Made by a program: the position numbers and the translations under genes
Part shown: piece by piece, positions 44,723-57,140 of the stretch
Layout: each line of letters begins with the position of its first letter
Position numbering within the stretch: the first letter of the stretch is position 1
Assembly: GCA_963726195.1 (NCBI GenBank)
Contig: CAVSBO010000003.1
Span: forward strand, 352,001-416,000
Reading direction: 5' to 3'
Source of the DNA: Candidatus Thorarchaeota archaeon
Lineage (GTDB): Archaea > Asgardarchaeota > Thorarchaeia > Thorarchaeales > Thorarchaeaceae
Length of the DNA stretch: 64,000 nt
The notes under the pieces: model-generated
What the model was told of the DNA's origin: nothing
The model's input: only the letters and a program-made list of their open reading frames with translations
Databases searched by the model: none

Positions 44723-47338
44723 ATGAAAACAAAGCACGTCATGATTGTTCTATTTGCACTCATACTCTTTCAGGCAACTTTGTTCACAGGGACACAGCTC
44801 ACTGCCAGCAACAGCCGACAGTCAGCTGGCAACACAGCAATCCAGCCTCCGGCTCAGACCTCAGGAGCAGGTGGCGAGAATCCCCTCATTACTAATGTGG
44901 TACAAGGTGGTGGCTTCGAGACAGCAGATTCCGCTGGCTCCCCCAGCTACTGGAGTTCCTGGGGTACCCAATACGCTAAAACCAACACTACGTACACAGC
45001 GATCAAATACGGAGGCAGTTATTCTGGTGAAGCGGAGTGCAGGGGGACTTCCCAGTGGTGGGGGTCAGGCGAATTGATTTACAACGGTTACTCATCAATG
45101 CCCCATCTTGTCGCGGGACTCAACTTTACTTCCTATACCTACTTGGTATCAAATCCAGATCTGGCCAATGGCGGGAGAATCGACATTGTGGTCGAGACAT
45201 ACAATCCAAGCCATGCATTAATCTACTACCTTTCCTATTCGTCTTCATGGAAACCCACGAATGACTCATTCACTGCATACTTCTTGTCGAACTGGTCGAT
45301 GGGCTCATGGCAAAGGTTCTCTCGGAATGTGACAGCCGATTACATGACTCGTTTCGGAACACCTCCTGCGAACTGCTACGTGACCTATACGGCATGGCAG
45401 GTCTATTCACCCGCAAACCCCAAGGGTCTAACGGAGGTCCTTGCAGATGATCATTCTCTGACGAACAGAACTGCATACATCTACACTCCTAACGGTAACT
45501 TCGAGTCCGGAGACGGCAATCATTGGGCTATTGATGATACGTCTCCATGTAGTGTACTGCTCACCACGGACCACACGGAAGGCTCATTTGCAGCCAATAT
45601 GAGTGCCAAAAGCGTCATGGCAGGCGGCTATGGTTATGCGGGCATGTCGCAGAGTTACTCCTATCCTCGTGGACTGTACGTCTCGCAGCCCGGGACCGGA
45701 GTATTGAGCTTTGATTGGAAGTACACCGAGACGTACAACGGCGGCTGGGGTCAGGATGCATACATCTACATCTATGCTCAGAACAATACGAGGTCTTTAC
45801 AAGTGTACTTGATGATTGGTACAAGCTTGGATTACTTCTCGTACTCAAACTCGTCCAGCCTAATGTACATCAAAGCTTCAGGGTTCGGAAACAACGGGAC
45901 TTGGCAGCACGAAGCGATAGATCTCCATGCCCTCTTCCAAGAGTACAACGTCAGTAGCCTCGTCATAACGGATTACGAATTCGAAGTGGACATTTCAGCC
46001 AATGCGAACTCATCGTCCAACTTGTTGCTGGACAAATTCCGACTCCTGAACTATCCCACACTTGATCCAGGGTTCGAACAGTTCAGGACCTGGTCACCAA
46101 GTGACCCAGTCCCCACCTGGTGGCAGACCAACGCAGGTTATCCCTACATAAACCGGACATCGTTTGCTCACAGCGGCAACTGGGCTGCTAACATTACATC
46201 TTACGGAGGAGTGCCCGCCGGGCTCGACAGAGGACAGTACGTGAGTATCGATGGATCAATCTACACGGACTTCTGGTATCAAGTGAAGAGCACCACTTCG
46301 GCTAGCGAGAGCGTTGCCTATATCGAACTCTATTTCGATTCCGGGGTATGGATATACTACTTGCTGGCAGCAACCAGCATTTATCCCGCGACAAACAGCA
46401 GCGACTCTGTTTACTACTATGTTGATGGCTTCAACCAGACTGGCACATGGAGGAACCTTGTTCGAAACGTGAAGGCAGACTTGGAAGCGGCGTTTGCACC
46501 GACTTCATGGGTTCTCGATACCGTTGAGATGGTCTGCTATGGTGCTGTGGGAGGAACAGTATCTGTCATATTTGATGACATGAACTTCGTCGTAGATACT
46601 CATCCTCCAACGATAAACCAAGTGCTGAGGAACCCCATAGCCCCAATGTACCATGATGCGGTGCAGGTCACAATCAACGCTACTGATGTCCTGTCGGGCG
46701 TGGCTCATGTCTATGTCTACTACCGAATAGGGACTGGCTCGTGGAGCATATTGACTGCTACCATGTCAGGAGGACTCTACCATGCATCCATTCCTACTCA
46801 GTCGTACGGAGCAAGTGTCTCCTACTATGTGAATGCCACGGACAACCTTGGCCATGTCGCCGTCGGTAGCACCTTCTCGTACGTGCTTGGCGATGACATT
46901 GCGCCTGTGATTGACTCAATCAGCCCTATCAACAATACAGTTGTCAGCGGTTGGAAATTCGTAAACGTCACGACGCACGACCCAGGTGTTGGCTCTAGCG
47001 GCGTCTCACACGTGGAACTCTGGTCCGGAAGTAGCCTTCTCGCGAACACCAGCTCTGCACCTTACCAGCTTCACTGGAACACTCAACTCCTGACCAACGG
47101 GACCCATACGCTCACAGTGAGAGTAATGGACAGGGCCGGGAATATGGCATCCGTCATACTTCATTATGATGTCGAGAACGCCCAGACTACCACAACTACT
47201 TCGACGACTAGTACCACGACTACTACCACGAGCGGTACTCAGACTACCACAGGTCCCCCCTTCCTACTCATTGGCGTAGTCGGCATAGTTGCAGTCATCA
47301 TTGTGCTGGCTTTGGTGCTGAAGAGTAGAGCTAAGTAG
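44723..47338 (+). CDS. Surface glycoprotein paralog A (871 aa): signal, three CBM-like domains, one Ig+Big_7-like module, Thr linker, TM anchor
   Basis: True start MKTKHVMIVLF after GGGAGAG. Domain starts GGGFE, NGNFE and DPGFE; motif PYQLHWNT...NGTHTL...DRAGN; C-terminal TM plus KSRAK. Confidence 0.88.
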   Translation: MKTKHVMIVLFALILFQATLFTGTQLTASNSRQSAGNTAIQPPAQTSGAGGENPLITNVVQGGGFETADSAGSPSYWSSWGTQYAKTNTTYTAIKYGGSYSGEAECRGTSQWWGSGELIYNGYSSMPHLVAGLNFTSYTYLVSNPDLANGGRIDIVVETYNPSHALIYYLSYSSSWKPTNDSFTAYFLSNWSMGSWQRFSRNVTADYMTRFGTPPANCYVTYTAWQVYSPANPKGLTEVLADDHSLTNRTAYIYTPNGNFESGDGNHWAIDDTSPCSVLLTTDHTEGSFAANMSAKSVMAGGYGYAGMSQSYSYPRGLYVSQPGTGVLSFDWKYTETYNGGWGQDAYIYIYAQNNTRSLQVYLMIGTSLDYFSYSNSSSLMYIKASGFGNNGTWQHEAIDLHALFQEYNVSSLVITDYEFEVDISANANSSSNLLLDKFRLLNYPTLDPGFEQFRTWSPSDPVPTWWQTNAGYPYINRTSFAHSGNWAANITSYGGVPAGLDRGQYVSIDGSIYTDFWYQVKSTTSASESVAYIELYFDSGVWIYYLLAATSIYPATNSSDSVYYYVDGFNQTGTWRNLVRNVKADLEAAFAPTSWVLDTVEMVCYGAVGGTVSVIFDDMNFVVDTHPPTINQVLRNPIAPMYHDAVQVTINATDVLSGVAHVYVYYRIGTGSWSILTATMSGGLYHASIPTQSYGASVSYYVNATDNLGHVAVGSTFSYVLGDDIAPVIDSISPINNTVVSGWKFVNVTTHDPGVGSSGVSHVELWSGSSLLANTSSAPYQLHWNTQLLTNGTHTLTVRVMDRAGNMASVILHYDVENAQTTTTTSTTSTTTTTTSGTQTTTGPPFLLIGVVGIVAVIIVLALVLKSRAK

Positions 47339-47354
47339 TGGGAAAACCGAAAGC

Positions 47355-47395
47355 GCGGGGTCTGAAATAGACCCTGCCTCCCATCCTTTTGACAT
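47355..47395 (+). terminator. Conserved hairpin plus pyrimidine tract, copy 1
   Basis: GCGGGGTCT-GAAAT-AGACCCTGC followed by CTCCCATCCTTTTGACAT, 16 nt after the paralog A stop. Confidence 0.7.
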
Positions 47396-47730
47396 CTCCA
47401 TCTGCTGTCGAGCCGCACCCAGACCCGTCGAATTCATGATGACGATATCACTCTACCCCGATGTGGATACGAGTGCACTTGTTGGAAAATGATGTGCATG
47501 TCAGACATGGCCAGCACAATCTCACACATGGATTTTCGAGAATGAATCCCCTACGCAGTTGGCCACTAGCAACAATCGAGATAACATGTCATTTCTACGC
47601 AACATTGATATGTAGGACTGTCGACGAGTCAAGTTGTAAGATTTCCACAATGTACGCGGGAAACGATTTGCCCAAACTTGACATTAGCCCATAGCCGCGG
47701 GACCGGTCTTCAAGTTCAGGAGAGATGCAT

Positions 47731-50700
47731 ATGAAAGCAAAGCACGTCATGATTGTTCTGTTTATGTTTATTCTGTTTCAGGGATTTCTGTTCACGGGGA
47801 CACCGTCGACTGCCGGCACCAAAGGACAGGCAGCGGGTGGCATAGCAGTTCAGGCTCCGGTTCAGATCGCAGGAGCAGGTGGCGAGAACCCACTCGTGAC
47901 CAATGTGCTGGAGGGAGGGGGCTTCGAGCAGGTCCAGAGCATGGGGTACCCTTCAGAGTGGAGCTCCTCTGGTTCTTGTGACCTCAGCCAGAATGCTTCC
48001 TATACGGGTCTCACATACGGCGGTTCGTACTCTGGTCAGATTGTTGCAAGGGGAACGCCACAGTGGGGGGGTAGCTCAGGGATGTTCTATCGTACCTATC
48101 AGCTTTCTTCAAGGCCGTATTTGACTCAGGGAATCAGCATTGACCTCTACACGTACATTGTTTCCAACCCTGATTTGGCAAGAAATGGTCAGTACTATAT
48201 CCGCGCTCAGGTTTGGACCCCCAGTGGCTATCGCAACGTAGTCTACTATATGTCCTTTAGAGTTGGATATTCGCTAGGCAACAGCTCGCAAACTGTCAAC
48301 TTCGCACTGAATACCACAATCGGCTATTGGAGCCATCTGCAGAGAAACATGACCGCAGACTTTGAGTCAAGATTTGGCGCGGTTCAGAGCGGCTCCTACA
48401 TCTACGAAATTGATTGGCTAACCTATTCGCCTTATGGCTCAACAGGCCCCACGGAGGTTGTAGTAGATGAAGTCAATCTCTACAATCGAACTGCCCATGA
48501 GTTACTCCTGAACGGTGACTTCGAAGACGGTGACGGATCCCACTGGGACACAAGCTATGGCTCCCCCGGGTATGTCTATACCACTTCGGACTGTACAGAG
48601 GGCTCGCGTGCCGCCAACCTCACGGTCAGGGCTGCACAAGCAAACGCATGGGGATACGCATACATGGCGCATTGGTACAGTTATCCTCAAGGCCTGTACG
48701 CGGCAGAGCCCGGTAGCGGGGTTGTATCATTTGACTGGAACTACCGGGATACGAACAACGGCGGCTCTGGACAAGGTGCATTTCTCGAAATCGATGTGGG
48801 AAACCAGACATACTCCTGCACCGTCTTGGTTTTCTTGGGTCAGGACCTAGACTACTTCCCCAGTGAGAACTATACCAGCACCGTATACGTGAGAGCTTCT
48901 GGGTTCGGCAGCAGAGGAACTTGGGAACATCAGTCAACCGATCTCGGTGCATTGTTACGACAGAGGAACATCACTGATGTGACAATAGAGGACTTCATGT
49001 TCTATATCCAGACCTCAAGTCGGGCGAACTCATCAGCCACATTGCTGCTCGACAGTTTTGAATTCCGGACGTATCCTACAATTGACCCTGGATTTGAACA
49101 AGACTGGTATTGGTCAACGAGTAGTCCCGTCACAGGCTGGTGGACGAGCGGTGCTGGGTACCCGTACGTTAATCGAACATCATTCGCCCACACTGGCAAT
49201 TGGGCGGCGAACGTCACGGCGTATGGGGGCGCAGCCGGAGGACTCTATAGGACCCAATACGTCGAAGTCGATGCATCGATTTTCACAGACTTTTGGTACC
49301 AGTTAATGGATACGACCTCGGCCAGTGGCAGCATTGCCTACATCATGCTCTATTTCTGTTCAGGGCAAACGATTTGCTACCTGCTTGCAGCAAGTAGCGA
49401 TTACTCCCCGACGAACAGCAGTGACACCGTCTTCTACTATGTCGATGGGTTCAACCAGACTGGTACATGGAGGAACCTAGTTCGCAACGTGAAGACAGAC
49501 TTGAAACTGCATTTGCTCCGACCGCATGGATTCTCGATCAAGTCAGTATCTACTGCTATGGAAGCGGAGGAGACAGACTATCTGTAATCTTTGACGACAT
49601 GAATTTCGTTTCTGACACGCATGCGCCCAACTTCACATTCGTGGGCCTTGACGGACACGAACCCACGTACTACAATGAGGCCACCGTAAGGATTAACCTG
49701 ACCGAATTGAGCCCCGTCACCACTGCAGTTTACTACAACAACGGATTGGGCTGGGTGAGAACGCTGGCTGCAAATATGGGCAGGGACTTCCTTGCCTACA
49801 TTCCTAAAGGCCCCTACGGAACAGTGGTTCACTGGTATGCCAATGCAACCGACAACTGGGTCACAGTGCAATCGATAACAATCACGGCAGCTACTTTCAT
49901 ACATAATCGGAGACGACATCCCCCCTGTGATTGACTCGATTCGACCAAAGAACAGCACCGTTGTCACGGGTTTGAACATAGTGAAGGTAAACACAAGTGA
50001 TCCCGGTGTTGGTTCAAGCGGCATCTCGCACGTTGAACTCTGGCTTGGGTCTAGCCTTCTTGCAAACGACAGCTCTGCACCGTACCAACTTCTATGGAAT
50101 ACTCGGCTAGTGGGTAATGGGACTCACACATTGACAATAAAGACAGTGGACAATGCGGGTGAGTCATCTACTGGACATCTGTATGTTGACGTTGAGAATG
50201 ACGTGGCAGGGCCATCGATTTCGGGGGCGGTGGTCAACCCATCCCATCCAGAGGTTCATCAGTCGGTGACAGTCTCTGTAGGAGTAGCTGATGTTACGGG
50301 CGTTGCGAGTGTCACACTCTACTACAAGGTGGGAGCAGGAGACTGGCAGACTCTGCCAATGAGCGCATCGGGTGCACTATACAGTGCAATAATCCCGGGC
50401 GCTGACTACGGGAAATCCGTGTCATTCTACATTGTCGCAATCGATGTGTTCGGTCAGCCATCCACTTATGGGTCCGTGGTCAGCCCTCAGACTTACGGTG
50501 CTGTTGACACGATTGATCCGACGATTGGAGTGACAGGTCCTGTGGCAGGAAGCAAGATAATAGGGCTTGTTCGCTTCAATGTGTCGGCTACGGATAGCGG
50601 AAGTGGAATTGCCAACGTGACTTTCCTAGTCGATGGCTCCGAAGTTGATATGAGCACGGCCACACCGTGGGTATACGAATGGAATACTGGCTCTGTCGCG

Positions 50701-50919
50701 AATGGCTTGCACACGATACGATTCACGGCAGGAGACAAAGCTGGGAACGTCGTGTCAGTGTCAATTCAGTATGACATCGAGAACCCTCAAGGCCTTGATG
50801 CTGTAGGCTACGCGCTGCAGAGTTTCATGTCCCAGTTCGGGATTGTCGTGGGAGTTGCAGCTGTTCTGGGACTGGTACTTGTGTTCAAACTGATCATGGC
50901 TAGGAGGCAGACCAAGTAG
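47731..50919 (+). CDS. Surface glycoprotein paralog B (three CBM-like domains, two Ig+Big_7-like modules, TM); about 3 probable sequencing indels
   Basis: MKAKHVMIVLF start. ORFs 47725-49587, 49467-49934 and 49927-50919 are colinear with paralog A; breaks at ~49503 and 49855-49895. Confidence 0.82.
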
Positions 50920-50943
50920 GATTACTCGTGGAGGAAAAAAAGA

Positions 50944-53900
50944 ATGAGAAAGCACGCTATTGTCTTATTGATGGCTCTGGTTATCGTGATACAAGGAGTT
51001 CTCGTCACCGGAATTGTCCAGCCGAAAGCCGGTTCCCTGACGCAGAACGTGCCTCAACACGAGAACGTCTACCAATCAGCAGGCTTGCCTGGTGAGAAGC
51101 CTTTGCTGGCCAACGTACTTCCCAATCCAGGATTCGAGCAAGTTGACTCCTACGGAGGACCGCTCCAGTGGAATTACTATGGCTCGGCCTATACTGGATC
51201 AAACGCTTCCTATACGGGACTAACCTACGGCGGATCCTACTCCGGTCTGTTGGAGGCAATGGGAACACAGCAATGGGGAACGGATGCGTACATGTACCGT
51301 TACTTGACAAGTGCGCCCTTTGCTATGCTTTCGCAGCGTATTATTCTCAACCTGTTCTGGGACGTCCGTCAGAATCCGGATATTGCAAGGTGGGCTTATG
51401 CATACATACGACTCGAAATGTATAACGGCTCGACTGGTTCTACATCTACTATGCGCTCTCTTTCGGCAATAACGTCGGTTCCAACAGCACGCACTCCTCA
51501 TGGATACGCCTTAACAACACCCTTGATGCTTGGCATCAATTGAACAGGAATGTCACCTCCGACTTTGAGAAATGCTTCCTTATGCCAGTACCAACGAACA
51601 TGATGCTCTATGACATGTTCTTCTATGCCGTATCACCCCAACAAGCCACTGGAAAAATAACCATGGTAATAGACGAAATCAGTCTCAGGAATTCGACACT
51701 ATACGAGTACTTGCTCGATAGCAATGGCAACTTCGAGATGGGAAATGGTGCCAACTGGAATACGAAATCGTCGTATGACCCGGCCCGAGTTGCCTTGACC
51801 GCCGAGCATACCGAAGGGAATCATGCGGTGAACATGTCCTGTTCTGCAAGTGGCAGCGGGTTGAATCGCTATGCTTCTCTCTACCAGTATTCCTACCGTG
51901 GGCTCTTCACCGAACCGGATGGCTTGGTCGTTCAGTTTGACTACATGTACAAAGATGCTCAAGGAGGGGGAACGGGTCAGTATGCCTACGTGTACGTTTC
52001 CTACTCCAACAGGAGTATCAGTGGGAACGTCTTTTGGTACTTGGGCAGGGGCTCAGACCTCTTTGATGACGTCAATTCGACGTACTATTGCTACACGAGG
52101 GCTGATGGTTTCGGCTCACGAGGCGTTTGGCATCATGTCACAGCAGACGTCGGAAGCCTTCTCAAACAGAATCATATAACGAACGTTGCCGTTCAATATC
52201 TCACGTTCTACGTCAACGCGGGTTCAAGTGCCAATTCCTCGGTCCAACTCTTGGTCGACAGGGTCTCGGTCGTGACGGACCCTCTCGGGGATCCGGGCTT
52301 CGAACAGGACACGAATCTGTACTTCGGTCCCGTACCATCATGGGATATCTGGAGTGGAGGGGCACCAACGTCAGTCAGACTGCGAGCGCTCGGACCGGGA
52401 AATGGGACGCGAACTTGACTGCCTATGGCGGAACTTCAGCAGCCATCTACCGATCGATGTGGCTGGAAATGGATTCATCCGTGTTCACAGATTTCTACTG
52501 GAAACTCGATTCTTCGCCATATGCCTCGTCTACCTATGTCGTGGTGAGGCTCAGTTTCCAGGGAGGCTATGAGGTCAACTATGTGCTGGCGAACGTGGGC
52601 GGCTCCTACTCTAATAGCAGTTGGCAGGCAACATACTATGCCTCAGGGCTGAATCAGACAGGAGTCTGGAACAGACTATACAGAAATCTCACTTTGGATT
52701 TCACGTCGGTCTTTGGCACGCCTGTCTCGAGCTGGAATCTGACACAGTGTGTTCTCGACGCATATGGCGGCAGTTCTGGCGGAAAGATTCAGTCCTGTTC
52801 GACGACATGAACTTCCTTGACAAACAGGGTCCCACTATACGTCAAGTCTTGAGAACCCAATAGTTCCGATGTATCATGACGTAGTCAAGGTGACAGTCAA
52901 TGCGACCGACAACTTGGCAGGCGTAGGCCAAGTCTGGCTGTATTATCGTCAAGGCGCTGGCCCGTACACCGTCGCTAGTGCTGTGAAGTCCGGGGGACTC
53001 TACCAGGCGTTCATACCTCCTGAGTCATACGGTATTCCCATCTATTACTACGCCAATGCAACTGACAAATGCGGCTCAATCACTACGACTAGCAGCTTCT
53101 CGTATGTGCCCGGCGACGATGTCGCCCCTCATGTCGAAATCCTGTCACCCGATCAGAGCGATGTGCTGACAGGGACTGTGGTCATTAATGCAAGCGCCTA
53201 TGATGCTGGCAGCGGGGTGGCTTACGTGCTTTTCCGGGTTGACGGAAACCTCATCGCCAACATTTCAGCAGCACCGTACGAGTATGCTTGGAACAGCCGT
53301 CTGGTCACGAACAGCATGCACACTATCCAACTAACAGCCTACGATGTCGCTGGCCTGCCTTCGTCCACCTCGGTGGGCATCTCAACCGCGAACGACTTCT
53401 CGCCCCCAATGCTATCAGGAGTACATCTCAACCCGGCAGTTCCTCAGTACGGCCAAAACGTTGTGGTCTACGTTGCAGTCACTGACCAATCCGGTGTGCA
53501 TAGCGTGGTCCTTCATCACAGGATAGATTCTGGATCCTGGACAGCTACTGCAATGAGCGCATCAGGCGCCCTCTACGAGGCTGTCCTAGGCTCGGACGTC
53601 TACGGGACCAGGGTGGAATACTACGTAGTCGCGATGGACGTCTACAACGCCTCTGTCTCGATCGGTTCTCAGAGTTCGCCAATGTTCTACATCGTTGGCG
53701 ACACCACGAACCCAACAATCAGTGTCAGCGGACCGTCAACAGGCACCCCGCTTGGGGGCACAGTGTGGTTCAGCGTGTCCGCAAATGACGGAATCGGCGG
53801 AGCAAGCGGCTTGGGCAGATTCCTGTTCTTTGTAGACGGCACACTGGCTGGGAATAGCTCGACTGTTCCAAGCAACTTCACTTGGGCTACGACATCCGTG

Positions 53901-54131
53901 TCAAACGGATACCATACCCTCACGTTCCGTGTCGTTGATCGCGCAGGCAATCCCGCATCTGTCAATCTAACGTACTATGTGGCCAACGGGGTAATTGACT
54001 TCGGACCCGTCATGTCCTCTTACGGATTCTTCATCGGAGCAGGCGGCACTATCGCAGTCATAATAGTGGTCAGCATTCTATTGAAGAGAAGAGCGCGAAG
54101 TAAGACAAACGATCCAGAAAGCGGGGTCTGA
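50944..54131 (+). CDS. Surface glycoprotein paralog C (three CBM-like domains, two Ig+Big_7-like modules, TM); at least 4 probable sequencing indels
   Basis: ORFs 50944-51543, 51540-52418, 52127-52810, 52621-52863 and 52869-54131 carry NPGFE, NGNFE, DPGFE, NQTGVW and FDDMNF in the family order. The true stop may be TAA 54101-54103. Confidence 0.8.
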
Positions 54132-54162
54132 AATGGACCCTGCCTCCCCTCTTTTTGACATT
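54121..54162 (+). terminator. Conserved hairpin plus pyrimidine tract, copy 2
   Basis: GCGGGGTCT-GAAAT-GGACCCTGC followed by CTCCCCTCTTTTTGACATT; the A>G change keeps a U-G pair. Confidence 0.7.
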
Positions 54163-54339
54163 TTCATCCATCAATTCAACAGTCTTCCACCGACTTTCAT
54201 ACGCTTGACGCAATCTTGATATGTCATGTTCGATTAGCGTGATTCTGTTACCATATTGGCATTGCAGTATGAGAGTAGCCTTGCCAATACCAAGGTTTTC
54301 CTTGGTGGAGTAGTCTCTAAGTTTAGGAGAGAATGCTAC

Positions 54340-56911
54340 GTGAAAGCAAAGCACGTCATCATTGTTCTGTTCATATTCATGCTCTTTCAGGGAACTCTGT
54401 TTACGGGAACACCGTTGACTGCCACCAGCGGGCGACAGCCAGCCGGCAACACAGCAATTCAATCTCCGGTTCACACCGCCGGGGCGGGTGGAGAGAATCC
54501 CCTAATCACCAACGTAGTATCCGGAGGAGGCTTCGAGGAAGTGATATATAATGGCGCTCCTTACGACTGGAGCTGGTATTCCACCGGATATGGAAACCAG
54601 AGTGCCGCCTACACGGCACGTAGGCACAGCGGAAACTACGCGGGCGAACTTGAAGCCGAAGGAACCGCCCAGCAGTGGGGCTATTCCTATATGTACTACT
54701 ACCCGACGTATGGTCCGAAAGTATATCTGACTCAGGGAATCATTTTCGACTTCTACAACTACTTAGTAGTCCAACCCCAATCGTATTGCTGGTGGCAACG
54801 CTTACGTAAGGGTCTATTTGTACGACGCAGGTTAAACAGACTACTTCGTCTACTACTATCTGTCTTACCCTAACTCAGGCCTACCTTCCAACAGCTCACA
54901 ATACACCTATTTCGGACTAAACGAGACCTTAGGGATGTGGTATGGGATTCATAGGAATATCACGGCTGATTTCCGGACTAGCTTTGGAACTCCCAGTCCG
55001 ACACGCTACGTATACGAAATCATGTGGGAAGTGGACTCGCCTCGTTCCCCGACGGGGCTAACGAAGACCGTTCTTGACGACGTAAGTATCACCAACCGTA
55101 CAGCCCATGAGTTCGCTGATAACGGTGACTTTGAAAGCGGGAACGGCGTTCACTGGGGTTCAAGCGGACTAACGAGCCCAGGCGTACATTTACACAACGT
55201 CCGACTGCACAGAAGGCACACGGGCCGCGAATGTCAGCTGCAAGGCCATTGCACCGTATAGCAATGGTTACGCATACTTAGGCGAAGTTCTTTGACTATC
55301 CTCAGGGGCTGTATGCAGCGCAGCCTGCCAATGGCATTGTGGAATTTGACTGGAAATACTATGATACCCACAATGGTGGCTCCCAACAATTCGCATACCT
55401 GTACATCTACGCCACGAACGAGTCGTTCTACTGCTTCGTGGACGTATATCTAGGCCGGGACCTCAACAGCAATTCCCAGACGAACTATACAAACGACATA
55501 TCCATGAATGCAACGGGGTTTGGCAATAGAGGAAGTTGGCAGCACGAAGTGCTTGACCTTGGGCTGCTGTTCCAGCAGCTGAATATCCGTAATGTTGCAA
55601 TAGAGCAGATACTCTTCGGGGTCGACCTCGGAGAGCAGGATAATTCCTCGGTTACTCTTCTGGTTGACAATTTTCAGTTTCGAACTTACCCCACGATCGA
55701 CCCTGGATTCGAACAGGATTGGTATTGGTCGGCCTCAAGTCCAGTAACTGGTTGGTGGACGGACGGCTGGTCGTACCCGTACGTCAATCGTACATCAGAT
55801 CATCACAGCGGGAAGTGGGCGGCCAATATCACCGTCTACAATACTTACTATGCAGGACTCTACCGGACTCAGTTTGTGAAGATTGATCAGTCCATTTTCA
55901 CAGACTTCTGGTTCAAGGCTGAATGGCATCACATCCGTCGGCGAAAACGCAGCCTTCATCAAGCTCATGTTCGATGGCGGATTCGCTATCACTTACGTGG
56001 TTGCCGCAAGCAGCGCATACTCTCCGGGGAACTCGAGTAGTGATACCTACTACTTTGTGAATGGTTTCAACCAGACCGGAACCTGGAGGAACATCGTACG
56101 GAACGTTCAGGCAGACCTTGAAGCGCGGTTCAGTCATCATTCTTGGAATCTTACCGAGGTGGAGGTCTACGCTGCGACTGGGGGAGGAGGAAGTGTATCC
56201 GTTATCTTCGATGACATGAATTTCGTCCGCGATACGCATGCTCCAACGGTAACTCAAGTGCAAAGGAATCCCACGAGCCCTATGTACTATTCCACGGTCC
56301 AGGTTTCAGCCAGTGCTTCTGACAATCTGGCTGGCGTTGAGAGTGTCTATGTCTATTATCATCAAGGCACCGGCCCGTGGAGCAAACTGAACGCCACCTT
56401 GTCAGGAGGGCTCTACCGTGCATCAATTCCTACTGAGTCCTATGGCGTGAGCGTCTACTACTACGTGAATGCTACAGACAATTGTGGCAACATCGCCGTC
56501 AGCAGCACCGACTCATATGTACCCGGCGACGACATTGCTCCTGTGGTTGACTCAATCAGTGCGAACAACAACACTGTTGTCACGGGCTGGAACTACGTGA
56601 ATGTCAGCGCGCATGACCCCGGCGTTGGCTCAAGTGGTGTTTCACGTGTCGAGCTATGGTTCGGGTCAACCCTTCTCGCCAATGGCAGCTCTGGACCCTA
56701 CCAGCTTCACTGGAATAGTGGCCTATTGGCCAACGGGAATCACACCCTCACGTTGAGGGTAGTGGACAACGCTGGGAATACAGCCTCCACCTCACTACGG
56801 TACGACATCGAGAATCCCGTAAGTATTCTCACCCTAGTACTTGGGGCAGGCATTGTGATCGCGGTTGTCGTTGCGCTGGCCTTCGTGTGCATGAAAGGAC
56901 GTCACAAGTAG
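54340..56911 (+). CDS. Surface glycoprotein paralog D (three CBM-like domains, one Ig+Big_7-like module, TM); about 4 probable sequencing indels
   Basis: GTG start (V)KAKHVIIVLF after AGGAGAG. ORFs 54256-54873, 54935-55261, 55339-56040 and 55883-56911 are colinear with A and B. Confidence 0.82.
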
Positions 56912-56927
56912 CTCGATAATCGAAAAT

Positions 56928-56970
56928 GCGGGGTCTGAAATAGACCCTGCTTCTCTCCTTTTTTCACATT
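56928..56970 (+). terminator. Conserved hairpin plus pyrimidine tract, copy 3
   Basis: GCGGGGTCT-GAAAT-AGACCCTGC followed by TTCTCTCCTTTTTTCACATT, 16 nt after the paralog D stop. Confidence 0.7.
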
Positions 56971-57140
56971 TCAATCCGGGAGAACACTTGCAGGAAACAC
57001 AGTCCCAAATCCGACCTTACATTCAACAACAATGCGGGGGTCAAATACTAGCGGTAGTTGATTGCGCGGTCTCTGGTTCCAGTTCGTTAGTTCAAGTCAT
57101 TGAGAAAGGTATTTGACCGGTTGTCGGGCGCTATCCGGTC

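Noticed and set aside
44723-56911. Diversity-generating retroelement or invertase-based shufflon acting on the array
   Set aside because: No reverse transcriptase, no adenine-specific TR/VR pair, no recombinase and no inverted cassettes are visible in the window.
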